In this document: positions 9,740 through 18,829 of the stretch, piece by piece
How positions within the stretch are numbered: the first letter of the stretch is position 1
Layout of the letters: the number at the start of each line of letters is the position of its first letter
DNA from: an uncultured Clostridium sp.
GTDB lineage: Bacteria; Bacillota; Clostridia; TANB77; CAG-508
NCBI GenBank assembly: GCA_964507565.1
Contig: CAZDPV010000001.1
Coordinates: forward strand, 8,662 to 72,661
Direction: 5' to 3'
DNA length: 64,000 nucleotides
Position numbers and translations under genes: made by a program
The notes under the pieces: generated by a model
Seen by the model: the letters and a program-made list of their open reading frames with translations, nothing else
What the model was told of the DNA's origin: nothing
Databases searched by the model: none

Positions 9740-10894
9740 ATGATATTAACAATATTAACAACTATTATAATAATAGGAATTTTTTGTATAACATTTATAA
9801 AATACATAAAGAAAAACAATAATTATTACATATATATTCTTGCTATAGAATTTGTTGGAATAGCGATAGACTTGATAATGATTTTCTTCGGAAAAAAAAT
9901 AAGTGCATTTATATATACAATAATATATATATTATCAGTTATAATCCCAATAATAGTAATGTATTTGGAAAACAAAAAAATATATATTGGAGAAATAATT
10001 GGACTTATTAAAATAAAATTAAACGACAATCGAGAAAAAGAAATACTAATAAACATAATAGAAAAATATCCAAATAGTTATTTAGCACATAAAAAATTAG
10101 CAATATACTATGAAAAGAACAAAGAAACGGAAAAAGCAGAGGATGAATATTATAAAACAATAGAACTAAAAACAAATGATTATAATGCATATTGCGAATT
10201 ATCTAATATATTAGTAGAAAACAATAAAATAGAAGATGCAACAAATATATTAGAAGAATTATTAAAGATAAAACCGGACTGCTATAATGCTAGTATGATC
10301 TTAGGCAATATTTTATATAACAATGAACAATTTAAAGAAGCAATTATAGTGTATAATGAAGCATTAAAATACAAGCCTTCACAATATGATATCTATTATG
10401 AATTAGGAATGACATATACAAGATTAAATGATTTTCAAAATGCAAAAGAGTACTATAAAAAGGCAGCAATGATGAATTCATACGCGGACATAGCAAATCT
10501 AAATTTAGGACAAATATACTTGATTTTCAGAGATTATGAAAAAGCGGAAAAATTCTTTTACAGTGTAATAAATAGTGATGATGATATAATAACTGCAAAT
10601 GCATATTATTATCTAGCAAAAATAAGCCTAGAACAACATAAAGAGGAACAAGCAATTCAATATGCAAACTTAGCTGTAGAAATTTATCCTAGAATTTTAA
10701 AAATTATTCAGAATGACAGCACTTTTATAACTATATTAGTAAAAATTAAATCAAAAGAAAAGGAAAATATTAAGACTAGTATAAATATAAAAAAAATTGA
10801 CATAATAAAATATCTTGGAAAAACGTATAATGTTGTGGAAAAATTGACAGATGATATGGAAAATAAAAGACAAGATAAGGAAATGGAAAAATAA
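9740..10894 (+). CDS. Membrane-anchored TPR-repeat protein
   Basis: Three N-terminal TM helices, then repeated 34-aa TPR-like units (..AHKKLAIYYEKNKETEKAEDEYYKTIEL.., ..AYCELSNILVENNKIEDA.., ..YYELGMTYTRLNDFQNAKEYYKKA..). Confidence 0.8.
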   Translation: MILTILTTIIIIGIFCITFIKYIKKNNNYYIYILAIEFVGIAIDLIMIFFGKKISAFIYTIIYILSVIIPIIVMYLENKKIYIGEIIGLIKIKLNDNREKEILINIIEKYPNSYLAHKKLAIYYEKNKETEKAEDEYYKTIELKTNDYNAYCELSNILVENNKIEDATNILEELLKIKPDCYNASMILGNILYNNEQFKEAIIVYNEALKYKPSQYDIYYELGMTYTRLNDFQNAKEYYKKAAMMNSYADIANLNLGQIYLIFRDYEKAEKFFYSVINSDDDIITANAYYYLAKISLEQHKEEQAIQYANLAVEIYPRILKIIQNDSTFITILVKIKSKEKENIKTSINIKKIDIIKYLGKTYNVVEKLTDDMENKRQDKEMEK

Positions 10895-10964
10895 TAAATA
10901 AGGTATATATGTAGTGATAAAAAATTATCGCATATATGCTTTTTTTTTACAATTGATAAAGTAC

Positions 10965-11006
10965 TTTACAAAAATATTACAAATTTTACATTTGTATTAC
11001 ATTACT
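10965..11006. repeat. Four helically phased (T/A)TTACA repeats upstream of the pilus operon
   Basis: TTACA starts at 10966, 10977, 10986 and 10997 (spacings 11, 9, 11), as alternating TTTACA / TATTACA. A fifth TTACT starts at 11002. Confidence 0.4.
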
Positions 11007-11107
11007 TAATTTTCTATTGACTTTTAAAAAAAAACATATAAAATGTATATAAATCTGATATTTTGAAAAAATATTAAGAAAAATAAAAACTAAAGGAAGA
11101 GGAAAAA

Positions 11108-12784
11108 ATGCAAGAATGCTTAGGAATTAGTATAACAGACAAGTTAATTAGATATGCTAAAGTTCAAAAAGATAATACATCTTTTAAAGTATCATCATTC
11201 GGAATAAAATTTTATGATAACTTGCAATTAGAATCTTCCATAAATCAGATTGTTACAGAAACATCTAGCGATAAAATACCATTAAGCATAAACATAAATA
11301 ATGAAAAATATTATTATTTTGAAATATTTAATATGGCTTCAAAAGAATATATTGATAAAGCAATAAATACAGAATTTGAGTCATTCTGTGCAGATAATCA
11401 CCTAAATAAAAATGTTTTTGATGGAAGATATACTTATACAAATAGCATGGATAATTCAGACAAAAATAAGGTAATGTATATATATGAAAATAAGAGTGAT
11501 TTAGACCAAAGGTACAAATTATTTCCAAATCAAAAAATATCGTCAGCAACGCCAACTGCCATAGCACTTCCAAATATTGTAAGGCTAGAAAAAAATAAAA
11601 ATATTATAATTGTTGATTTAGAAGACAACACTACAGTAACGACGGTAGTAAATCAAGCAATATATAATGTTGACATATTAAATCAGGGATTGTCAGAAGT
11701 GTTTGATAAAATAAACACAAAAGAAAATTCACTAGCAAAGACATATGAAGTATGCAAAAATACTACAATTTACACAATGGAAACAGAAAATATTGAAAAC
11801 ACAAACAATGAATATTTACAGTTTATTGTTCCAGCACTATATAAGATTGCTCAAGATATACAAAATATTATGCTTCCATACCAAAAAATCGATCAAATTT
11901 ATCTAACAGGATTAGGAACAGCAATAAACAATATTGATTTATATTTTCAAGAATATTTTAAGAATACAAAAGTTGAAATACTAAAACCATTTTTTATGGA
12001 AGCAAATGAAGGAATAAATATAAAAGACTATATTGAAGTAAATCCAGCAATAGCATTGGCAATACAAGGACTAGGATATGGGGCAAAAACATTAAACTTT
12101 AAAAAAGAAAACTTTTGGGAGAATTTCAAAAAGTTAATGACAACAGATATAAAAACTACTAAAAGTCAGAAAAAGACGCCAAAAGTAAAATCAGAAAAAT
12201 CCAAATTGAATTTAAATTGGAACCTCAATATGAATTTAAAAGGTAAGCTTGAAAAATTAGAAATAAGTTTGATAAGAGATTGTGTTGTAGTTTTTTTAGT
12301 TATTATCATGTATTGTATTGGAGCGACGATACTACAAAACCAAATAGAAAACAAAAAATCAGAAATAGATGAAATACTTACAGATACAAATAAACAAATT
12401 TCCGCAGTAAATTCTGATGATGGAAAAATAAATCAAAAACAGACAGACTATAAAAAATATAAAACAAATCTGGAAAATATAAGTTCAATAATTGAAACAA
12501 AAAGAAGTAGGAAAAATCAAATAACTACCTTATTAAATAAATTAGTATATAATATTCCAAAAGAAGTAAAAGTAACGGAAATAAAGAATACTGAAGTTAC
12601 TACAAATGGAGAAGAACTTCAACATATAACAATAAATGCTGAATCTTCAAAATACGAGCAACTAGCATATTTTAAAGCAAGACTAAAAAATGAAAATGTG
12701 TTAGATAATATTGTTTCAACAGAAGGAACAAAGGAAGGCGACGTTGTAAAAGTAGTAATAGAAGGAGACTTAAAAACTTATTAG
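11108..12784 (+). CDS. pilM: Type IV pilus assembly protein, PilM-PilN fusion
   Basis: The N-terminal ~330 aa are an actin-like PilM-type domain. A single TM (VVVFLVIIMYCIGATIL) follows, then a coiled coil and a PilN-like C-terminal domain. It is the first gene of the pil cluster. Confidence 0.7.
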   Translation: MQECLGISITDKLIRYAKVQKDNTSFKVSSFGIKFYDNLQLESSINQIVTETSSDKIPLSININNEKYYYFEIFNMASKEYIDKAINTEFESFCADNHLNKNVFDGRYTYTNSMDNSDKNKVMYIYENKSDLDQRYKLFPNQKISSATPTAIALPNIVRLEKNKNIIIVDLEDNTTVTTVVNQAIYNVDILNQGLSEVFDKINTKENSLAKTYEVCKNTTIYTMETENIENTNNEYLQFIVPALYKIAQDIQNIMLPYQKIDQIYLTGLGTAINNIDLYFQEYFKNTKVEILKPFFMEANEGINIKDYIEVNPAIALAIQGLGYGAKTLNFKKENFWENFKKLMTTDIKTTKSQKKTPKVKSEKSKLNLNWNLNMNLKGKLEKLEISLIRDCVVVFLVIIMYCIGATILQNQIENKKSEIDEILTDTNKQISAVNSDDGKINQKQTDYKKYKTNLENISSIIETKRSRKNQITTLLNKLVYNIPKEVKVTEIKNTEVTTNGEELQHITINAESSKYEQLAYFKARLKNENVLDNIVSTEGTKEGDVVKVVIEGDLKTY

Positions 12785-12797
12785 AAAGGAGCAAGCA

Positions 12798-13508
12798 ATG
12801 AGAAAAATATTATTAGGAATATTAACAGTATTAATGCTAGTAATAATGGCATTGTGTATGAGAAATGGAATACACATTGGTAAATTGCAAGTTCCTGGAT
12901 TTCAAGATTTACAAAATTCAAATGTGGAATTGACAGAAAAAATCAATAAAACCAGTGATTCGAGTAAACAATATGAAAGCGCATTAACAAAATTAAAAGG
13001 TGATATAAATTCACTAACAAAAGCTAAGAAAGATTATCTAGACTTAGTTACAGTAAGTACAGAAAGTGAAATACAACAAGCAACACAAACAAAAACATAT
13101 ACGATTGAATATTTGTGGAGCAGAATTGGAAATCACGCAACTCAAGAAGGAGTAAACATCAAAATGGATGTTGCAAGTTCAACACTAAGTGGCTCAGACT
13201 ACAAAAATCTTAATTTCGCAGTAACAGGTAATTATTTAGCAATTACAAACTTTATATCAACGATAGAAAATGATTCAAACTTAGATTTCATAATAGATAG
13301 TTTTGATATGACCAACGGAAAATGCACATTTACAGTAAAGGATGTAAAAATACAAACTGAAAAGACAACAGCAACAGTTAACTCAAACACAGGAAACAAT
13401 ACTAATACGACAAGCACAAATCAGAAAAACGAAAATAGCGTGAGCAATCAAACTCAAAATGCTGATAGTGCAAAAACTAATGCAGTAGGAAATAATATAA
13501 CACAATAA
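12798..13508 (+). CDS. PilO-like bitopic pilus assembly protein with an N/T/S-rich tail
   Basis: N-terminal TM, a coiled-coil segment, a small globular domain, and its position directly after pilMN. The C-terminal ~45 aa are low-complexity N/T/S. Confidence 0.5.
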   Translation: MRKILLGILTVLMLVIMALCMRNGIHIGKLQVPGFQDLQNSNVELTEKINKTSDSSKQYESALTKLKGDINSLTKAKKDYLDLVTVSTESEIQQATQTKTYTIEYLWSRIGNHATQEGVNIKMDVASSTLSGSDYKNLNFAVTGNYLAITNFISTIENDSNLDFIIDSFDMTNGKCTFTVKDVKIQTEKTTATVNSNTGNNTNTTSTNQKNENSVSNQTQNADSAKTNAVGNNITQ

Positions 13509-13532
13509 TATATTTAATATAAAGGAGGAAAA

Positions 13533-13940
13533 ATGGCTAAAACAATAATTAAACAAATACTCATATCACTTTTACTTTGCACAGCAATTGGATTAGTATT
13601 GGCAGTGATTTTTTATAAATTTATACCATCTAACAAAATTGTACCTAGCAAAGTAACAGCATATCAAACTCCAGAAAATATAGCTTTAGAGATAAATGAT
13701 AATATTACTGAAAAAGAATTTCAAGCAGTAAATCAAACTTATGAAATTACGGATTCGGATTTATCACTTTATAAAAAAATGCAAAGTTATAATCCTGGTA
13801 AGCCAGATCCTTTTGCAGAGTACTCAAGTAACTCTACAACTTCAAAAAATAATACAACTTCTGGCGAAACAGGAGTTTCAGATAAAAATACAACAGATAA
13901 TTATTATACATCAGCCAATATAAGTAGTGGCACAAAATAA
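13533..13940 (+). CDS. Bitopic membrane protein of the pil cluster (PilP-like?)
   Basis: AGGAGG RBS, one N-terminal TM, a 'GKPDPF' motif reminiscent of the (R/K)(D/N)PF motif of PilP/GspC-type proteins, and an S/T/N-rich tail. Confidence 0.35.
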   Translation: MAKTIIKQILISLLLCTAIGLVLAVIFYKFIPSNKIVPSKVTAYQTPENIALEINDNITEKEFQAVNQTYEITDSDLSLYKKMQSYNPGKPDPFAEYSSNSTTSKNNTTSGETGVSDKNTTDNYYTSANISSGTK

Positions 13941-14001
13941 TTTATTTAGGTTATATTTATAAAAATAAATATATACAAATTTTACTAAGGAGGGAATTAA
14001 A

Positions 14002-14235
14002 ATGTTTAAGAAAGAAAGAGGTATTACATTAGTTGCATTAGTTGTAACAATAGTTATTCTTTTAATATTAGCAGGAGTAACAATTAGCATGACAGTAAGC
14101 AATAATGGTTTATTTGGAAGAGCTAAAAATGCTTCAGCTACTTATTCAAATGCTTCAACAAATGAACAAAAAGCATTTAACGAATCTTATACAGAATTAG
14201 ACAATGTTTTAAATCAATATAATTTAAGCAAATAA
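14002..14235 (+). CDS. pilA: Very short type IV (pre)pilin candidate, 77 aa
   Basis: Class-III-like signal MFKKERG|ITLVALVVTIVILLILAGVTI, a strong RBS (aaggaggg), and a position immediately upstream of pilD. Position +5 is Ala, not Glu. Confidence 0.65.
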   Translation: MFKKERGITLVALVVTIVILLILAGVTISMTVSNNGLFGRAKNASATYSNASTNEQKAFNESYTELDNVLNQYNLSK

Positions 14236-14272
14236 TAAAAATTATATTATGATTAAAACAGTAACTAGATAT

Positions 14273-14307
14273 GAGGTTACCTGAATATTTCGTATTTAGG
14301 TAGCCTC
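14273..14307 (+). terminator. Intra-operon stem-loop after the pilin gene (possible attenuating terminator or mRNA stabiliser)
   Basis: GAGGTTACCT - 15 nt - AGGTAGCCTC gives a 10-bp stem with one G-U pair, unusually G+C-rich for this DNA. No clear U-tract follows. Confidence 0.45.
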
Positions 14308-14334
14308 AATTTAGATAAAAAAGAAAGGAATAAT

Positions 14335-15132
14335 ATGAATATTTTATTGTATACAATAATTTTTATAATGGGCACGATATTTGGAAGCTTTTTAACATTA
14401 GCTACATATAGGATACCTCTCAACCAAGATATTACACATAAACGCTCATATTGTCCTAAATGTAATCACAAATTATCTTTTTTAGATATGATTCCAATTT
14501 TTAGTTATATTTTTTTAAAAGGAAAATGTAGATATTGTAAAACAAAAATCAGCCCAAGATATTTTGTAATTGAAATATTATCAGGAGTTGCATTTGTCTT
14601 ATTAGGTATAGCATTAAATATTGACATATACAATTTAACAAAGAATTCAATTATGGAATTTTGCATAGGGGTTTTATATATTATATTCGTTTTTTTAATT
14701 GCAGGAATAGATAAAGAACACCATAAAATAGACAAAAGAGTTCTAATTTATGGAATAGTTATTTCGTCTATAAGCGTTATCTATAATGCAATAACAGAAA
14801 CAAACTATAATGTAAATAGAATTTTAATTTATTTAATAATCATTGCAATCTTAACAGTCATAAATATTATTTTAACAAAAAAAAATAAATCAAATGATTA
14901 TATGATAGATTCTGTTATCTTTTGCTTAATAATAAGTGTATTTACGTATGAAATAGCAACCATTATCAGTATAATAGGAACATTACTAATAATATCAATA
15001 AAGCTATTATTAAGTAAAATAGTAAATAATGAGGAAAGAAATGTTAAAGAAATGCCAATAGCATTTTATTTATCAATTTCAAATGCTATAACACTTATTA
15101 TAATATTTATTTATCATTGGAGTAGAATATGA
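14335..15132 (+). CDS. pilD: Prepilin peptidase (A24 family)
   Basis: N-terminal CPKC..CRYC zinc-ribbon (DiS-P-DiS) region, a polytopic membrane domain, and a first catalytic-Asp region AGIDKEHHKID. The usual GxGDxK second motif is replaced by KSNDYMID. Confidence 0.75.
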   Translation: MNILLYTIIFIMGTIFGSFLTLATYRIPLNQDITHKRSYCPKCNHKLSFLDMIPIFSYIFLKGKCRYCKTKISPRYFVIEILSGVAFVLLGIALNIDIYNLTKNSIMEFCIGVLYIIFVFLIAGIDKEHHKIDKRVLIYGIVISSISVIYNAITETNYNVNRILIYLIIIAILTVINIILTKKNKSNDYMIDSVIFCLIISVFTYEIATIISIIGTLLIISIKLLLSKIVNNEERNVKEMPIAFYLSISNAITLIIIFIYHWSRI

Positions 15133-15536
15133 AAGTAAAAAATGAAAAAGGAATGGCAGGAATTGACCTTGTTACAGGGTTAGTAATTTTTATAATAGGA
15201 AGTACAGTAGCGATAATAATATATATACAAATTTATAAATATGTTTGTGAAATAAAAATACATGAAATAATAATAGCCTATGTAACGGAAATTTGCGAAG
15301 AAATTGACCTGCAAGAATATGACACAAACGTAGATAATATAATACAAAGCGTTAATATACCATCTCAATATACTGTAACAGAAGAAACAAAGAAATTTTC
15401 TGAACAAATGAAAGAAAACGAAGGAAAAGATGTAGAAGACATAGTAAAAAAGATAACTTTAACGATAAAATACAATTTCTTAGGCAATGACAGAACATTT
15501 AGCATTGAAAAAATAAAAATTAAAGAGCAGGTGTGA
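15129..15536 (+). CDS. Minor pilin / pseudopilin-like protein
   Basis: The leader MKVKNEKG|MAGIDLVTGLVIFIIG is a basic leader, then Gly, then a hydrophobic helix, with Asp at +5. There is a 4-nt ATGA overlap with pilD. Confidence 0.5.
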   Translation: MKVKNEKGMAGIDLVTGLVIFIIGSTVAIIIYIQIYKYVCEIKIHEIIIAYVTEICEEIDLQEYDTNVDNIIQSVNIPSQYTVTEETKKFSEQMKENEGKDVEDIVKKITLTIKYNFLGNDRTFSIEKIKIKEQV

Positions 15537-15538
15537 TA

Positions 15539-15988
15539 ATGAAAAATGAAAAAGGTATAACACTAACAGCTTTGATAATATATGTACTTATCTTTTCCGC
15601 AACTTTAGCATTGTTAGCAAGTTTAACAAATTACTTATACCCAAGATTAGGAAACATAGATTCTAATAGTATAAGTCCGATTGAGTTTAATCAATTCAAT
15701 TATAATTTTGTATCAGATATAAAGCAAAGTACAACAGCAGTAGTACAAAATGCTGAAAATGGTAATGTAAAAATAATTCTATCTAACGGTGCAAATTATA
15801 CCTATGTAAAAGATGAAATGTCATTGTATAAAAATAAAAATAAAATATCAAATAAAATAGTTCAATTTTCGGGTGAACTAGAAAATATAAATGGAAAAAA
15901 TATATTGAAAATCACGATAGCAACAGGAAAGGACTCAAACAATATAACTTTTGGAAAAACAATAAAATATGTTTTAAAATATTGGTAA
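15539..15988 (+). CDS. Minor pilin / pseudopilin-like protein
   Basis: The leader MKNEKG|ITLTALIIYVLIFSATLALLA matches the neighbouring pilin leaders. I preferred the ATG at 15539 over the listed GTG at 15533. Confidence 0.55.
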   Translation: MKNEKGITLTALIIYVLIFSATLALLASLTNYLYPRLGNIDSNSISPIEFNQFNYNFVSDIKQSTTAVVQNAENGNVKIILSNGANYTYVKDEMSLYKNKNKISNKIVQFSGELENINGKNILKITIATGKDSNNITFGKTIKYVLKYW

Positions 15989-16024
15989 TGATAGTATAAA
16001 ACAATAATTAGAGAGGAGAAAAAA

Positions 16025-17647
16025 ATGGCAACGTATAGACAACCTTTAGGAATAGAACTTGTAAAAAGAGGAATTGTTACGCAAGATGATATTGCAAGAG
16101 CATTAGAATATCAAAAAGATAATCCAAATGAAAAATTAGGAGATATATTATACAAACTAAGGGTTACTGACCCACAAAAGCTTTTAAACGCCATTGGAGA
16201 AATTTTAGATGAAAAAGTTATATTATTAAAGCAAGAAGACATAAAAATAAAAATAGATAACTATATATCATTAGATGTGGCAAGAGAAGATCAGGCAATT
16301 CCATTTGAAATAAAAGATGGAATTGTTAAGGTTTGCTTTGCTAATATTGACAATAATGTACAAATTGAGGCAATTAGATTACTAATGCTAAATAGGGGAT
16401 TAGTAATGGATAGATATATAACATTCAAGGAGAGAATTGAAGAAACATTAAATGATATCTCAAATAATACCAATAAAATAGACACAGACTCTAATGTTAC
16501 TACAATAGTAGATAACATTATTCGTGAAGCAATGAAAAGAAGAGCGAGTGATATTCATATAGAACCAATGAGTGATTCTGTTAGGGTTAGATACAGAATA
16601 GATGGTATATTGGTAGACATAGCCAAAATAGACAAAGAAAAGCAAGCACAAATAATAGGAAGATTAAAATCAATTTCTAATATGCACCAAGAAAAACAAG
16701 AACCTCAAGATGGAAGAATTATTATTTATCAAGATTATAATATACGTTCATCATCACAAAAAAATATTTATGGTGAAAAGTTTGTTTTAAGATTATTAAA
16801 GAAAAATCAAACAGTAAAAGGATTATTTGATTTGGGGTATCCAAAAGATCCAGTATTACTAAAAAATGCATTTGAAAAAAGAAATAGTATAACTGTAATT
16901 GCAGCACCTACTGGTGAGGGAAAAACAACAACACTTTATAGTGCAATAGACTATTTAAATAGACCACAAATAAATATTACAACTATTGAAGATCCAGTTG
17001 AAATTCGTATACAAGGACTTAACCAAATTGAAATAGATCCAAAAACAACATTTGCAGGCTCATTAAGAACTGTACTAAGACAAGATCCAGATATTATTCT
17101 AGTAGGAGAAATAAGAGACCAAGAAACTGCTGAAATTGCAATGCAAGCAGGACAAACAGGACACTATGTATTATCTACAATTCATACACTAAATGCAATT
17201 GAAGTAATATCAAGACTTAGAAAAATGAACATTTCAAATTATGATATTTCAAGTACAGTTGCAACTTCAATATCTCAAAGACTGGTTAGAAAATTATGCC
17301 CAAAATGTAGGAGAGAAAGGCCATTTAACGAAACCGAAAAAGGTATAATAAAAAAAATTGGAGATAAATATGGTATAGATTTCGATGCCGAACATCATGT
17401 AACGTTTGATGCAGTTGGGTGTGAAGAATGTGATAATAGCGGATTTTATGACAGAATAGCAGTATTTGAAACACTATTATTTACAGATAACATAAAAGAA
17501 TTAGTCGTAAATGAAGCATCAACAATTAAAATTAGAGAAGAGGCATTAAAAGAAGGATACAAACCACTGCTAGTAGAAGGAATCAAAAGAGTAATAGAAG
17601 GAACTACAACTTTAGAGGAATTAAATAGTAAATTACTATTTTATTAA
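16025..17647 (+). CDS. pilB: Type IV pilus assembly ATPase (GspE/PilB family)
   Basis: N-terminal GSPII-type domain, Walker A AAPTGEGKTTT, Asp/His boxes (VGEIRDQETA, TGHYVLSTIHT), and a tetracysteine motif CPKC...CEEC. Confidence 0.9.
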   Translation: MATYRQPLGIELVKRGIVTQDDIARALEYQKDNPNEKLGDILYKLRVTDPQKLLNAIGEILDEKVILLKQEDIKIKIDNYISLDVAREDQAIPFEIKDGIVKVCFANIDNNVQIEAIRLLMLNRGLVMDRYITFKERIEETLNDISNNTNKIDTDSNVTTIVDNIIREAMKRRASDIHIEPMSDSVRVRYRIDGILVDIAKIDKEKQAQIIGRLKSISNMHQEKQEPQDGRIIIYQDYNIRSSSQKNIYGEKFVLRLLKKNQTVKGLFDLGYPKDPVLLKNAFEKRNSITVIAAPTGEGKTTTLYSAIDYLNRPQINITTIEDPVEIRIQGLNQIEIDPKTTFAGSLRTVLRQDPDIILVGEIRDQETAEIAMQAGQTGHYVLSTIHTLNAIEVISRLRKMNISNYDISSTVATSISQRLVRKLCPKCRRERPFNETEKGIIKKIGDKYGIDFDAEHHVTFDAVGCEECDNSGFYDRIAVFETLLFTDNIKELVVNEASTIKIREEALKEGYKPLLVEGIKRVIEGTTTLEELNSKLLFY

Positions 17648-17661
17648 AATAGGAGGGAAAA

Positions 17662-18798
17662 ATGATAAACGTAAACGCTGTTTTAAAAAAGGCACAAGAA
17701 CAAAAAGCATCAGATGCACATTTTATAAGTGGACTAAAGCCAATGCTTAGAATAAATAGAGACTTAATTAGTATAGAAGAAAGTGATATTATTACGATAG
17801 ACGATATGTGGGACATATATGATTATTTTCTTAGAGGAAATGTTGATAAAGATAAATTCTTTAAAGATAATAAAGTATTGGATTGTTCGGCTGAGTTTAA
17901 TGGAATACGTTTAAGAGTAAATGTATCATACTCAGACTCGGTACCCGTAATTACAACAAGATTAATTAGAAACGAATTACCAAGCTACGAGGAATTAGGA
18001 GTTCCAGATATAGTAAGAAGAATGACATCTCAGCCACAAGGACTAATATTAGTAACAGGAAAAACAAATTCAGGAAAATCTACGACATTAAATTCACTAA
18101 TAAATTATATAAATGAAAATCAAAATAAAAAAATATTAACACTAGAAAGCCCTGTTGAGTTCAAGCATAAATCTAAAAAATCAGTTATTATACAAAAAGA
18201 AGTTGGAGTAGGTGGGGATGTTCCATCATATAGTATAGGAACTAAAAACTCATTAAGAGAGGACTGTGATATATTAGTAATAGGAGAGATTAGAGATAAA
18301 GAAACAATGGATGCGGCAATAGAAACAGCAGAATCAGGACATTTAGTTATAGGAACACTTCATACTAAATCATGTGCTGAAACAATAGATAGAATGATAA
18401 ATTTCTATGAAGTAAGAGACCAGACACCAATAAAATATCTAATAGCATCATTATTAAAACTTGTAGTATCACAAAGATTACTTAAAAATAAAAGAGGAAC
18501 ATTATCACTAATTCCAGAAGTAATGGTAGTAGACAATATTATCTCTGGAATTATAAGAAAAGATAAATTGGGAATTTCAGAAATAGAAGATGCAATACAA
18601 AGTGCATCTGGAAATGGGAGTATTGGTCTAATAAATTCATTAGCAGAATTATTTGTAAATGATGTAATAACATTAGAACAGGCAAAATCTCAGATAGAAG
18701 AAAAAAATATAGAAATACTAAATAGAACAATAATGCAATTGAAGATTAAAAAAGAAGAACAAAGGAAAAGAGAAAATGGAGGGTATCAAGGCTACTAA
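17662..18798 (+). CDS. pilT: PilT-family retraction ATPase
   Basis: Walker A VTGKTNSGKSTT, IGEIRDKETM and SGHLVIGTLHT, at a PilT-like length (378 aa). Confidence 0.85.
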   Translation: MINVNAVLKKAQEQKASDAHFISGLKPMLRINRDLISIEESDIITIDDMWDIYDYFLRGNVDKDKFFKDNKVLDCSAEFNGIRLRVNVSYSDSVPVITTRLIRNELPSYEELGVPDIVRRMTSQPQGLILVTGKTNSGKSTTLNSLINYINENQNKKILTLESPVEFKHKSKKSVIIQKEVGVGGDVPSYSIGTKNSLREDCDILVIGEIRDKETMDAAIETAESGHLVIGTLHTKSCAETIDRMINFYEVRDQTPIKYLIASLLKLVVSQRLLKNKRGTLSLIPEVMVVDNIISGIIRKDKLGISEIEDAIQSASGNGSIGLINSLAELFVNDVITLEQAKSQIEEKNIEILNRTIMQLKIKKEEQRKRENGGYQGY

Positions 18799-18829
18799 GT
18801 AATTTAAAAGACGTTGAAAGGAGGAATAT

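Noticed and set aside
13741-13923. A 60-aa ORF in an alternative frame inside the 13533..13940 gene. The similar 29775..29996 ORF lies inside ssb.
   Set aside because: These are out-of-frame overlaps with better-supported genes and have no RBS.
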